From Candidatus Hecatellales archaeon (GTDB taxonomy: Archaea > Thermoproteota > Bathyarchaeia > Hecatellales > Hecatellaceae), in NCBI GenBank assembly GCA_003661965.1, contig QMXD01000002.1, forward strand, positions 2,377 to 66,376: DNA of 64,000 nucleotides, given 5' to 3'. How positions within the stretch are numbered: the stretch's first letter is position 1; each line of letters opens with the position of its first letter. The position numbers and the translations under genes are program-made. Positions 47,054 to 58,766 of the stretch are shown in pieces. The notes beneath the pieces are model-generated. The model was not told the origin of the DNA, made no database searches, and saw only the letters and a program-made list of their open reading frames with translations.

Positions 47054-47090
47054 GGGGCATTACACTGCATTGCACTGCATTACATGTTTT
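47054..47090 (-). repeat. Copy 3 of the conserved intergenic element, minus orientation
   Basis: The reverse complement AAAACATGTAATGCAGTGCAATGCAGTGTAATGCCCC matches copy 1 at ~33/34 positions over the core. It lies 70 bp upstream of the leuA start in the element's orientation. Confidence 0.85.
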
Positions 47091-47176
47091 AAAGAGGGTT
47101 TGTTTTACAGGAAATTTTAATTTTTGGTTTAAACATAAGTTTAAGGTGTGTGTTTTTAGATACTTTAGGTTAGGTT

Positions 47177-48325
47177 TTGGGTTTGGTGGGAAGTTTGACC
47201 TATAGGATTGCTGTAATTCCTGGGGATGGTGTTGGTCCTGAGGTTATTCGTGAGGGTTTAAAGGTTTTGGATTCTGTGGCTGAGGTTTACAATGTAAAGT
47301 TTGATTTTAGGTTTTATCCTTATGGTGGTGGTTATTATCTTAAGACTGGTGAGGTTCTTCCTGATGAGGCTTTAAAAGAGATTGGGGGGATGGATGCTAT
47401 CTATTTTGGGGCTGTTGGTCATCCTGAGGTTCCTCCTGGTGTTTTGGAGAGGGGTTTACTTTTAAAGCTTAGGTTTTATTTTGACCAGTATGTGAATCTT
47501 AGACCTGTAACCTTGTATCCTGGTGTTGAAACTCCGCTTAAGGGTAAGGGTTCTCAAGACATTAATTTTTATGTTGTTAGGGAGAATACTGAAGATTTTT
47601 ATGTTGGTTTGGGTTGTAGGTTTAGGTCTGATAGGTATAAGGCTAACTTAAACGTTAAACGTAGACTTTATAGTTTAAGGTTTAACGTTGAAACTTTGGC
47701 TGATAAACCTGAAGAGTTAGCCTACCAGATTGGTGTTATTACAAGGAGGGGTGCTGAAAGGGTTATACGTTATGCTTTCGACTTTTGTAGGAGGAGAGGC
47801 TTAAAACGTGTATCCTCTGTTGATAAGGCAAATGTGCTTAGCGAAATTTATGGTCTTTGGCGTGATGTTTTTAACGAGGTTTCAAAAGATTATCCTGAAA
47901 TTGAAACAGAGTTTACTTTTGTTGATGCTATGGCTATGTGGTTTGTTAAAAACCCTGAAAGGTTTCAGGTTGTTGTAGCACCAAACATGTTTGGAGATAT
48001 TTTAACAGATTTAGGTGCAATAATTCAAGGTGGGATGGGTTTAGCTCCAAGCGGAAACATAAACCCTGAAGGTGTCTCAATGTTTGAGCCTATCCACGGT
48101 TCAGCACCAAAATATGCTGGAAAAGGTTTAGCAAACCCTATCGCAGCAATTTTAGCTGGAAAACTTATGCTTGAACATTTTGGTGAGAATGAGGCTGCTC
48201 AGGCAATAGATAATGCTGTTAAAAAGGTTTTGGTTGAGGGAAAAGTTAGACCAAGAGACCTTGGAGGGAAAGCCTCAACCTCAGAGGTTGGTGATGCGGT
48301 AGCAGAAAAAATTTCTAAACAATAA
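47177..48325 (+). CDS. leuB: 3-isopropylmalate dehydrogenase family (isocitrate/isopropylmalate DH superfamily)
   Basis: RIAVIPGDGVGPEV and G..NLFGDILTDLGA, with a length of 382 aa. The start is probably the TTG at 47189 (MTYRIAVIPGDG). Confidence 0.75.
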   Translation: MGLVGSLTYRIAVIPGDGVGPEVIREGLKVLDSVAEVYNVKFDFRFYPYGGGYYLKTGEVLPDEALKEIGGMDAIYFGAVGHPEVPPGVLERGLLLKLRFYFDQYVNLRPVTLYPGVETPLKGKGSQDINFYVVRENTEDFYVGLGCRFRSDRYKANLNVKRRLYSLRFNVETLADKPEELAYQIGVITRRGAERVIRYAFDFCRRRGLKRVSSVDKANVLSEIYGLWRDVFNEVSKDYPEIETEFTFVDAMAMWFVKNPERFQVVVAPNMFGDILTDLGAIIQGGMGLAPSGNINPEGVSMFEPIHGSAPKYAGKGLANPIAAILAGKLMLEHFGENEAAQAIDNAVKKVLVEGKVRPRDLGGKASTSEVGDAVAEKISKQ

Positions 48326-48374
48326 AAATTTTTAACCTCAACAATTGGAAGATTTAACTTTTCTTAAAGGAGTG

Positions 48375-49094
48375 TTAAGCTTTTAAACCAAGATAAAGTT
48401 TTCCTATTTCCTTATCCTCAAGAATTTCTTTTGAAGAACCTTCCTTAACACATCTTCCATCCACAAGTATATAGCCTCTATCAGATACTGCTAAACCTTT
48501 TCTTGCATTCTGTTCAGCCATAAGTACAGAAATCCCAGAATCACATATCTCCCTAATATAGGATAAGACTTGGGATGCAGCTATAGGGGAGAGTGAGGCT
48601 GTTGGCTCGTCAAAAAGAAGAATTTTTGGCTTTAAAACCATAACCCTACCCAAAGCCAATATTTGTCTTTCTCCACCACTAAGGTTTCCTGCCCTCTCAT
48701 TTTTCTTCTGTCTCAAAACAGGAAACATATCGTAAACTTCTGATATGCTAGCCTTTACCTCATTCTTATCCTTTTTTGGGTATGCTCCAATCTCCAAGTT
48801 TTCTTCAACGGTTAAATTTGTAAAAACATTGTTGATTTGGGGAACATAACCTATACCCATTCTTATAAGCCTATCAGTTCTTAACCCTGTAATATCTTGG
48901 TTTTCATAAAGAATTTTTCCGTCAAAAAGCTTGGAAAAACCTAGAATACTTTTTATTAGGGTTGATTTTCCACTGCCATTTGGACCTACAATAACAACAA
49001 TCTCATTTTTTTTAAGTTCAACTGTTACCTTGTGAACCACAACAAGTTTACCGTATCCTGCAACAACATCTACTGCTTTAAGTATGGTTGACAT
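48375..49094 (-). CDS. livF: Branched-chain amino acid ABC transporter ATP-binding protein (LivF-like)
   Basis: Walker A GPNGSGKST, LSGGERQ, ILLFDEP. Confidence 0.8.
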   Translation of the reverse strand: MSTILKAVDVVAGYGKLVVVHKVTVELKKNEIVVIVGPNGSGKSTLIKSILGFSKLFDGKILYENQDITGLRTDRLIRMGIGYVPQINNVFTNLTVEENLEIGAYPKKDKNEVKASISEVYDMFPVLRQKKNERAGNLSGGERQILALGRVMVLKPKILLFDEPTASLSPIAASQVLSYIREICDSGISVLMAEQNARKGLAVSDRGYILVDGRCVKEGSSKEILEDKEIGKLYLGLKA

Positions 49095-49861
49095 TAGGCT
49101 TCACCCAAATAAACATCAACAACAACCTTATTTTTTACAACCTCCTCAGGTGGGCTTTCAGCTATTATTGAACCGTTATGCATAACATAAACCCAGTCAG
49201 CATGTTCAAGCAAAATTTCAATCCTATGTTCAATCGTGAAAAAGGTTAGGGAAAGCTCATCCCTAAGCTGTGTTATCTTCTCAAAAATTCTTCTTGCAAG
49301 AGTTGGATTTACACCAGCAGCAGGCTCATCCAAAAGAAGCATTTTAGGCTCAGTCATTAAAACTCTACCCAACTCTAAAAGCTTCATCTGCCCACCTGAA
49401 AGTTCGCTGGCAGGTTTATCTTTAAACCTATCCAACTCTATTATTTCAAGTATTTCAAGAGCTTTTTCAGCCAGTTTTTCCTCCTCCTCAGACCATCTAC
49501 GTTTTTTAAGGAAAACGTTTAAAATTTTGTCTCCAGGGTGGCTACGGCATGAAACCATCATGTTGTCAAGTACTGTTAGCTTTTGGAAGAGTCTTGGGGT
49601 TTGGAAGGTTCTTGCAAGACCTTTTTCATAAATCTTGTAGGGTGCTAACCCATCTATCCTTTCACCGTTAAAATAGATTTTTCCCCTTTCAGGCTTATAA
49701 ACCCCTGAAATAGTGTTAAAAAGTGTTGTTTTTCCTGAGCCGTTTGGACCTATTAAACCTGTAATACTGTTTTCTTTAACCGTAAGGGTTACATTATCTA
49801 CAGCCTTAAGACCTCCAAAACTTTTTGTCAGGTTTTCTGTTTTTAGGATCGTTTTTTCCAT
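49094..49861 (-). CDS. livG: Branched-chain amino acid ABC transporter ATP-binding protein (LivG-like)
   Basis: GPNGSGKTT, LSGGQMK, LLLDEPAAG. Confidence 0.8.
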   Translation of the reverse strand: MEKTILKTENLTKSFGGLKAVDNVTLTVKENSITGLIGPNGSGKTTLFNTISGVYKPERGKIYFNGERIDGLAPYKIYEKGLARTFQTPRLFQKLTVLDNMMVSCRSHPGDKILNVFLKKRRWSEEEEKLAEKALEILEIIELDRFKDKPASELSGGQMKLLELGRVLMTEPKMLLLDEPAAGVNPTLARRIFEKITQLRDELSLTFFTIEHRIEILLEHADWVYVMHNGSIIAESPPEEVVKNKVVVDVYLGEA

Positions 49862-50805
49862 TTCGATGCAACCTCTAAGGCTGGTGTTTTAACCTTACTT
49901 TCCCTAAATAAGCCTTGAGGTCTATACATCAATATAAGGATTATAAGGATTCCGATTATCATAACCCTTAGGTTGTGTGGGTCAACAGGAAGCAAAAGAT
50001 AGTCTTTAGCTATTCTTGCTCCTCTTTCTAGGGCTTGAACAAAAACAGCCCCTAAAATAACACCAAGATTGTTGGCTGGTCCTCCAAGAATAACCATCAT
50101 CCATACGGTAAAGGTGAGGATAGGTTCAAACGTGTAGGGGTCGATAAACCTTACATACTGGGAAAATAGGCTTCCTGAAACCCCAGCCATAGCTGAACCT
50201 AACGTAAACATTTGAGCCTTATACTTAAAAACGTCTTTCCCTAAAACTTGGGCTGCAAGCTCATCTTCCCTAATTGCTCTTATGGTTCTACCGTAGGGTG
50301 AGTTAACAACCCTTTGAGCTATAAAATAGCATATGGCTAAGGCAGCGTAAACTATTGTAAGCTGGATAAGCATCATGGTTTGGATTGGGACACCTGTAAT
50401 TGTTATGGCTGAGGGAACGGTTATACCTTGAACTCCTCCAGCAATCCACTCCTCATTTTTAAATATAAACCTTAAAATTTCCCCAAACGCCAAGGTTACG
50501 ATTGCAAGATAGTCTGCTTGAAGTTTTAAGGCTGGTAGGGATGCTACAAAACCTACAAAACCAGCAGCGAAGGTTGCTACGGTTATACATGCCAAATATG
50601 GGAAACCCATGTTAGCCAAAATTGAGGATGTGTAAGCTCCAACCATAAAAAACGCTACCTTACCAAAGTTTGCTAAACCTGTAAACCCATATTCAAGGTT
50701 TAAACTAACAGCCAAAATAGCAAATATACCTACAAAAACAGCCATGTCTAACACGTAGATTAAAGGCTCAGACAACCTTACCTCCCTCACCAAAAAGCCT
50801 TCCAA
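49843..50805 (-). CDS. livM: Branched-chain amino acid ABC transporter permease (LivM-like)
   Basis: Polytopic membrane protein, operonic with livGF. Confidence 0.7.
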   Translation of the reverse strand: MEGFLVREVRLSEPLIYVLDMAVFVGIFAILAVSLNLEYGFTGLANFGKVAFFMVGAYTSSILANMGFPYLACITVATFAAGFVGFVASLPALKLQADYLAIVTLAFGEILRFIFKNEEWIAGGVQGITVPSAITITGVPIQTMMLIQLTIVYAALAICYFIAQRVVNSPYGRTIRAIREDELAAQVLGKDVFKYKAQMFTLGSAMAGVSGSLFSQYVRFIDPYTFEPILTFTVWMMVILGGPANNLGVILGAVFVQALERGARIAKDYLLLPVDPHNLRVMIIGILIILILMYRPQGLFRESKVKTPALEVASKWKKRS

Positions 50806-51682
50806 AACCTGAAGGTTTAAGGATTAGAGTTAAAATTAGGATTAGGAAGGCTATAGCAAACTTATAGTCTGTTGAAAGCTTAAACATTACAAGAAAAACA
50901 ACACCAAAATTTTCAGCTAAACCTATAACGTAGGCTGCTATAAGCGCCCCATAAAAACTTCCTATACCACCCAAAATTACAACAGCAAAAGCTGGAAGCA
51001 GAATCTCCCAACCTATAAGGGGAACAAGCCTTGTATCCGCAGCCCTAAAAAGACCTCCAACCCCAGCTAAAGCAGCACCAACAATCCAAACAACCAAAGC
51101 TATTTTTTCAACATCAACACCAGAAGCCATAGCCAAATCAGGATTGTTTGCTGAAGCCCTTATAGCTTTTCCAAGCCTAGTCCTAGTTAACACTATATGC
51201 ATAACCCCAACCATAACTATGGCTGAAAGAATAAGAGCAACCCATAAACCTGTAATCCTAACAGGTCCAACATCAAAATAGGGCCAAACCATCCTAAAAG
51301 AAAGCTGTTCCCCACCCCAAACCTGCTTAATTAAATGTCTAACAAAAAAATCAAGCCCTATAGATGCAACCATCAAATGGATGATTGTTGCACCCCTATG
51401 GGTTAAAGGTCTAAAAACTAGGAGGTAGGATGCTGCTCCTAAGGCTGCTGAGGAAATAAAGGCTGCAATAAACGAGTAGGGAAAACCAAGTTTAAGCTGT
51501 TCAGCTATGGTGTAGCCTGCATAAGCCCCTAAAGCCATAAACTCTGCATGAGCAAAATTTGGGAATCTTGTTAAACCGTAGGTTAAGGTTAAACCTACAG
51601 CAGCAAGCAGGTATAGGCTACCTGTAACAGCCGAATTAAACAACACTTGAAGCCAATTAACAACAACCAAAAATAACACCAA
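50768..51682 (-). CDS. livH: Branched-chain amino acid ABC transporter permease (LivH-like)
   Basis: Polytopic membrane protein with ...GSLYLLAAVGLTLTYG... typical of LivH. Confidence 0.7.
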   Translation of the reverse strand: MVLFLVVVNWLQVLFNSAVTGSLYLLAAVGLTLTYGLTRFPNFAHAEFMALGAYAGYTIAEQLKLGFPYSFIAAFISSAALGAASYLLVFRPLTHRGATIIHLMVASIGLDFFVRHLIKQVWGGEQLSFRMVWPYFDVGPVRITGLWVALILSAIVMVGVMHIVLTRTRLGKAIRASANNPDLAMASGVDVEKIALVVWIVGAALAGVGGLFRAADTRLVPLIGWEILLPAFAVVILGGIGSFYGALIAAYVIGLAENFGVVFLVMFKLSTDYKFAIAFLILILTLILKPSGFGRLFGEGGKVV

Positions 51683-51707
51683 AAAAGGTTTTTATTGGGG
51701 TTTGGTT

Positions 51708-53051
51708 TTAAGGCCATCTTCCAATACCGACAAACTTATACTTTCCATCAACCTTTTCAACTTTCCATATCTCATAGAATTGGGTTAGCTGGTCTCCATT
51801 CTTGTCAAACATCTTATGTCCTGTTGCACCAATATAGTATTGGCTAACATATTGTAGGGCATCCTTAATCTTTGCACCATCATATTGTCCAGCGTAGGCT
51901 ATGGCTAAGGCTGCAAGCATTGTTGCATCGTAGGCTGTATCCTGATACATTGTTGGGGCTTTCCCATACTCCTTCTTAAAGCTTTCAGCAAACAGCTTGT
52001 AGGTTATCAGTCCAGTTGGAGCTATTGGTCTTGTTCCTATTACAGCTCTCTTCATAAACTCAGCAGCATCAGCAACCTTAAACATGGGTTCACCGTAAAC
52101 ACCCTCAGCAGCAATCCATTGAATATTGTCTAACCCCATCTCTAAAGCCTGTCTAAACATAACCTGTCCATCCTCATACCATCCAACATAAATTACAGCT
52201 TCAACACCAGCATCCTTAATCTGTGAAAGCTCTGTTCTAAAGTCCATTTTTGTTGGGTCGTATCTGATTGAAAGAACAATCTTGTCTCCAAGAACCTCTT
52301 TTGCTTTTTCCTCTATACCTATACCGTATGGGTTGTTTAAGACTAGGGTTGCAATCTTTGTAAATCCTTTCTTAAGAGCAGTATCTGCTAAGGCTTTTCC
52401 CTGTAAAGCATCACTTCCAACAGTTCTAAATATGTAGTCGTCTGGGAATTCTGTGGTTATTTTTGGTGAGGTGGCTGTAGGTGAAATTACAACAACCTTC
52501 CTCTCGTTTGCATATTTACCTATCGCCATAACCTCAGGGCTTGCCATAGGACCTATAACAACCTTACAACCATCAACCTCAACAAGCTTTTTAAAGGCTT
52601 CAAGAGCTGTTTTAGGGTCTGTAGCAGTATCCTCCACTATAAGTTCAACAGGTCTTCCAGCAATACCACCCTTCCTGTTAATCTCTTTTACAGCCAATTC
52701 AACACCAAGCTTAATCTTTTGACCCATAGGTCCTAGAAAACCGCTAAGACACATTAAAGAACCTATTTTTATCTTGTCTGGTAGGGTTGGACCCTTAGGT
52801 TTTCCAGCTTTAAGCCCCTCCTTGTATCCTGTCTCATATCCAGCCTTATACCCTTCACTTTTACCTTTCTCGTAGGCTTTTGCTCCACCAGCCATAACAC
52901 CCTTATCGTATCCAGCCTTATATCCTGCATCGTATCCTGCTGATTGTCCAGCAAAATAGCCTCCAACACCAGCAACAACAGCAACAACGATTATTAGGGC
53001 AACTAGGACAGCTGTTGTTTTTGTTGTGGCTGAAGAATTCATACCGGTCAC
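51708..53051 (-). CDS. ABC transporter substrate-binding protein, branched-chain amino acid (LivJ/K) family, with N-terminal membrane anchor and Gly/Tyr-rich linker
   Basis: N-terminal TM helix (AVLVALIIVVAVVAGVGGYFAG), then a repetitive GYDAGYKAGYDKG...GYKAGYETGYKEGLKAG linker, then a type-I periplasmic-binding-fold region (GPMASPEVMAIGKY...). Confidence 0.7.
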   Translation of the reverse strand: MTGMNSSATTKTTAVLVALIIVVAVVAGVGGYFAGQSAGYDAGYKAGYDKGVMAGGAKAYEKGKSEGYKAGYETGYKEGLKAGKPKGPTLPDKIKIGSLMCLSGFLGPMGQKIKLGVELAVKEINRKGGIAGRPVELIVEDTATDPKTALEAFKKLVEVDGCKVVIGPMASPEVMAIGKYANERKVVVISPTATSPKITTEFPDDYIFRTVGSDALQGKALADTALKKGFTKIATLVLNNPYGIGIEEKAKEVLGDKIVLSIRYDPTKMDFRTELSQIKDAGVEAVIYVGWYEDGQVMFRQALEMGLDNIQWIAAEGVYGEPMFKVADAAEFMKRAVIGTRPIAPTGLITYKLFAESFKKEYGKAPTMYQDTAYDATMLAALAIAYAGQYDGAKIKDALQYVSQYYIGATGHKMFDKNGDQLTQFYEIWKVEKVDGKYKFVGIGRWP

Positions 53052-53095
53052 CCTTTTTTATTTTTTCCAGAAGACCAACTATTTATTTCTATTGG

Positions 53096-53851
53096 TTAGA
53101 TTTCAGGGACCTCCTCCCTAAGAAAACCTATTATCTCTTCCCTGAACCTTATAAACTGGCTGCTAAGCTTGTTTCTAGGTCTCTCCAAGCCAATAAATAT
53201 CTCTTTTTTAACCTTTGCTGGTCTTCTTGTTAAAACAAGAACTCTGTCAGCTAGATAAACTGCCTCCTCAACATTATGGGTTACAAGTATGGTTGTCTTT
53301 TTTAGTTTTTCATGGATAGAGTAAAGCTCCTTATGCATTATCCATCTTGTTTGTGCATCTAGGTCTCCAAAAGGTTCATCCATCAAAATTATTGAGGGGT
53401 TTACAGCTAAAGCCCTTGCAATAGCAACCCTTTTACGCATCCCACCTGAAAGCTGATGTGGATAGTAAGATTTAAAGTTCTCCAAGCCGACAAGCCTAAC
53501 AACATCCTCCACAATTTTAGGGTTGTAGTTTCCCCTAACCTCCAAACCAAATTTTATGTTATCCCAAACATTCCTCCAAGGAAATAAGGCTTCCTCCTGA
53601 AAAACAAACCCTATCCTAATCTTTTTAGGGTTTGGTGTTTCACCTTCAACCCTAACCCTCCCAGAGGAGGGCTTTTCAAGTCCAGCTATAATCCTTAGTA
53701 AGGTTGTTTTCCCACATCCTGAAGGCCCAACAAAACATAAAAATTCTCCATCATAAACCTTAAAGGAAATGTTATCTAAAACCTGAAGCCTTTCACCGTT
53801 AGGGTTAACAAAAAACTTTGAAACTTTTTCAACCTCAACCTTATATTTCAT
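53096..53851 (-). CDS. ABC transporter ATP-binding protein, NitT/TauT (nitrate/sulfonate/bicarbonate) family
   Basis: GPSGCGKTT, LSGGMRKRVAIARAL, ILMDEPFGDLD. Confidence 0.8.
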   Translation of the reverse strand: MKYKVEVEKVSKFFVNPNGERLQVLDNISFKVYDGEFLCFVGPSGCGKTTLLRIIAGLEKPSSGRVRVEGETPNPKKIRIGFVFQEEALFPWRNVWDNIKFGLEVRGNYNPKIVEDVVRLVGLENFKSYYPHQLSGGMRKRVAIARALAVNPSIILMDEPFGDLDAQTRWIMHKELYSIHEKLKKTTILVTHNVEEAVYLADRVLVLTRRPAKVKKEIFIGLERPRNKLSSQFIRFREEIIGFLREEVPEI

Positions 53852-54666
53852 AGGGTTACCTCTCTACGCCACCTAAAAACTCTTTTTTCAACCCTTAGAA
53901 AGGTTTCATTCATAAGAAGCCCAATAATACCTATCAAAACCATACCAACAATCATACCTGAAACGTTTAAAAGTTCACCATATTTTAGGATTAGCCAGCC
54001 TAAACCAGCCATCTCCCCACCAATCATTTCAGCAGCAACAATACACATCCACCCAACACCCAAACCAATCCTCATACCTGCAAAAACCTCTGGTAAAGCA
54101 TTTGAAAAAACAGTTTTAACCACAATAGTTTTTTTATCAGCACCAAAAACCTTAGCAACATCGATAAGGGTAGGATTTACAGTTTGAACACCAGCCATAG
54201 TGTTAAGTAGGATAGGGAAAAAGGCTCCAAGCCAAATAATAAGCATATATCTAGCACAACCCGTTAAAAGAATTATTGCTAAAGGTATCCATGCGATTGG
54301 AGGTATAAACCTTAAAGGTTCAAGTATAGACCTAACAGAACCGTATGCCACCCTTTTTAAACCCATAACCAAACCTAAAGGTATACCTGTAACCACAGCT
54401 AAACCAAAACCTAAGAGTACACGTGAAACACTTGCAACAATATGGGTTGTTAGACTTATCCCTTCAACATCACCCTTTAAAAGCAGAATAAGAAAAGCCT
54501 CCCAAACATCTAGTGGGTTTGGAAAAAACGGTGAAGAAATGGTTATGGATAAAATTTCCCAGAGAAAAAGGAATATTGTGAGGGAAACAAAATTATTCAA
54601 AAACGTTTTATAACTTTTCCCCAAAAACTTTGAAGCCATATTTTTCCCTAACCTAAGATTTTTCAA
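53848..54666 (-). CDS. ABC transporter permease, NitT/TauT family
   Basis: Six-TM permease with the EAA-like region of binding-protein-dependent transporters. Confidence 0.7.
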   Translation of the reverse strand: MKNLRLGKNMASKFLGKSYKTFLNNFVSLTIFLFLWEILSITISSPFFPNPLDVWEAFLILLLKGDVEGISLTTHIVASVSRVLLGFGLAVVTGIPLGLVMGLKRVAYGSVRSILEPLRFIPPIAWIPLAIILLTGCARYMLIIWLGAFFPILLNTMAGVQTVNPTLIDVAKVFGADKKTIVVKTVFSNALPEVFAGMRIGLGVGWMCIVAAEMIGGEMAGLGWLILKYGELLNVSGMIVGMVLIGIIGLLMNETFLRVEKRVFRWRREVTL

Positions 54667-55636
54667 CCTCAGCTAGAAGTTTTGTGTTAACAAGGCTTTC
54701 CACAAACCTATCAACATCAGAAATATCTCTAGCAGAAACTTTTCCTTGTTCTATAAGGAAGGGAACAAAAATTTTTATGCTTTTAACGTTTACATGGTAA
54801 TCCCAAACCATCCTACCCCAACATTCATCAACAACGTTTAAGGGTTTCCCAGTCATCTCCGAAAAAATTTTTTTGGCTTCTTCAGGGTTTTCCCTAATAA
54901 ACCTCATAGCCTTAACATGAACCCTAACAAGCTTTTTAGCTATTTCAGGTTTTTCCTTTAAAAGCTTCCCAGAAACATAAAAAACACAACATTGATGGTT
55001 AGGTAGAATATCGTGAGAAGTATAAATTATATGTCCAATCTTTTTTATAACAGCCTCAGCACAAAAAGGCTCCCAATCAATATACGCATCAATTTCACCC
55101 CTCCCTAAAAGCAAAGGTAAATCTGAAAACTTGTAATGTTTAACATTCATCCTAAGATTAAACCTTTCTTCAACCATCCTAATCATACAGTCTTGAATAG
55201 ACCCTAAACCAGGTGTCCCCACAGTTTTTCCATCAAGCTCAAAAACGTTTTTTATCTCTGGTTTTGCCACTATAGCTGAACCTTCAAGGTTTGCTGAAGC
55301 CACCACAACAAGGTTTGCACCTTTTGCTTTTGCTATTATTGCAGGTACAATTCCAACATATCCAGCGTCAAGCTCACCAGCCTTAAAAGCCATCATTTCA
55401 GGCATACCGTAAAGATACTCCATTCTTACTGGTTTTATACCCTCCTCCTCATACCAACCCTTATAGTAGGCTACAAAAAAGGCTAAATGGTGAATGTCTG
55501 TGGAAATATAGCCTATCCTAACAGGAGTTAGCTTTTCAGCCTCCCTTTTAACCTCAAAAACCATAAAATATCCAAGAATGGAAAAAAGAAGTATACCTAT
55601 AGCTAGTCCAACCATAACCTTCCTTTTATCCAACAT
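54653..55636 (-). CDS. ABC transporter substrate-binding protein, NMT1/THI5-like (SsuA/TauA/NrtA family)
   Basis: N-terminal TM/signal anchor, then a periplasmic binding-protein type-II fold. It is operonic with the NitT/TauT permease and ATPase. Confidence 0.65.
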   Translation of the reverse strand: MLDKRKVMVGLAIGILLFSILGYFMVFEVKREAEKLTPVRIGYISTDIHHLAFFVAYYKGWYEEEGIKPVRMEYLYGMPEMMAFKAGELDAGYVGIVPAIIAKAKGANLVVVASANLEGSAIVAKPEIKNVFELDGKTVGTPGLGSIQDCMIRMVEERFNLRMNVKHYKFSDLPLLLGRGEIDAYIDWEPFCAEAVIKKIGHIIYTSHDILPNHQCCVFYVSGKLLKEKPEIAKKLVRVHVKAMRFIRENPEEAKKIFSEMTGKPLNVVDECWGRMVWDYHVNVKSIKIFVPFLIEQGKVSARDISDVDRFVESLVNTKLLAEVEKS

Positions 55637-55761
55637 TTTTCACCATAGGTGTTTTAACATGTTAGCTTAAAAATCTATTAGGGACAGCAAAATATATATT
55701 TTCCCCAATCTAGTATTCTTTACCGTCACTTTAAGGATAATTTTTATGAGATGATGTACAA

Positions 55762-56289
55762 TTGTGTGGTTGGGAACTTGTAAAAGCTGGTTTAACCTCA
55801 AACGAAGAATTCGCTAAAACCCTAAAAACTAAAATTAAACAGTTAGGTTTAACCGTGGGAGAGTTTAGCAAAAATTCTGGTATCCCTTTAAGCACCCTAA
55901 ACAAGATATTAGAAGAAAAACGTGACTTAAGACTTTCAACCTTTAGACAAATAGTTAAAACAGTTAGTAGAATTGAGGGTGGAGGTTTTAGTGAACCTTT
56001 TGTCGCTGTTATTGCTGCAAGAACAACCCTAGACGAAATTAAAACAAGAGTTATTCATACGGGTAAAATAAAAATACCAATCCGTGAATATTCAGCCATA
56101 ACCATTGAAGATGTCTTAAAGGCTGCTGTTAAAGCTGAAAAAGAGGGTGCAACAGTAATTGTTTGTGCACCCATAGTTAGTGAGCTTGTAAAAGACTTTG
56201 TAACCATACCAATAGTAACAATGCATATTTGTGAAGAAGACCTTATGGAGGCAATAAAAACAGCAGCCCAAAAAACAGTTAAAGCCTAA
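55762..56289 (+). CDS. Putative transcriptional regulator: N-terminal HTH (XRE-like) plus uncharacterised C-terminal domain
   Basis: LGLTVGEFSKNSGIPLSTLNKILEEKRDLRLSTFRQIV is a helix-turn-helix. The C-terminal ~100 aa are unassigned. Confidence 0.5.
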   Translation: MCGWELVKAGLTSNEEFAKTLKTKIKQLGLTVGEFSKNSGIPLSTLNKILEEKRDLRLSTFRQIVKTVSRIEGGGFSEPFVAVIAARTTLDEIKTRVIHTGKIKIPIREYSAITIEDVLKAAVKAEKEGATVIVCAPIVSELVKDFVTIPIVTMHICEEDLMEAIKTAAQKTVKA

Positions 56290-56345
56290 CCTTTAGAAGC
56301 AATCAATTTTCCACTTTTATTAACATTTATTTCTGCGGTTTGGTG

Positions 56346-58379
<2,034 letters not shown>

Positions 58380-58389
58380 AAAAAATTTT

Positions 58390-58465
58390 TGGTGGGCCGG
58401 GCAGGACTCGAACCTGCGACCAACGCCGTGTGAGGGCGTCGTCATAGCCTCTAGACCACCGGCCC
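58390..58465 (-). tRNA. tRNA-Val (anticodon CAC), encoded CCA
   Basis: The reverse complement is GGGCCGGTGGTCTAGAGGCTATGACGACGCCCTCACACGGCGTTGGTCGCAGGTTCGAGTCCTGCCCGGCCCACCA. The anticodon stem ACGCC/GGCGT and loop CTCACAC give CAC. Confidence 0.85.
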
Positions 58466-58547
58466 TAAAATAAAACCTAGCCTTTCCCCTTTATCTTCTA
58501 TAATCTTGGCTGTCTAAAAATTTTAGGGGTTAGATTGGAAAAAACTA

Positions 58548-58715
58548 TTACTTTTTAGCTCCAAGCTCTCTTTTTTTCCATCTAAGGTTTGTGCTTTTAC
58601 ATTTTCTACATTTCCAGGCTGTTGGAGCGTTTCTTGCTCCACATTTTCTACATATTTTATAGTATAGTCTATGTTGTTGGGCTAGGGTTCGTTTTAAAAA
58701 GTCTGTAACTGGCAA
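58548..58715 (-). CDS. rpl40e: 50S ribosomal protein L40e (C4 zinc-ribbon), ~55 aa, not in the ORF track
   Basis: Minus-strand translation M(TTG)PVTDFLKRTLAQQHRLYYKICRKCGARNAPTAWKCRKCKSTNLRWKKRELGAKK*. The CRKCGARN...CRKCKSTNLR pattern matches archaeal/eukaryotic L40e. Confidence 0.7.
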   Translation of the reverse strand: MPVTDFLKRTLAQQHRLYYKICRKCGARNAPTAWKCRKCKSTNLRWKKRELGAKK

Positions 58716-58766
58716 GGTTTTTAGCCTCTAACCTGTTTTCTTTCAGCCTTTTTTCTAAAATGTTTT

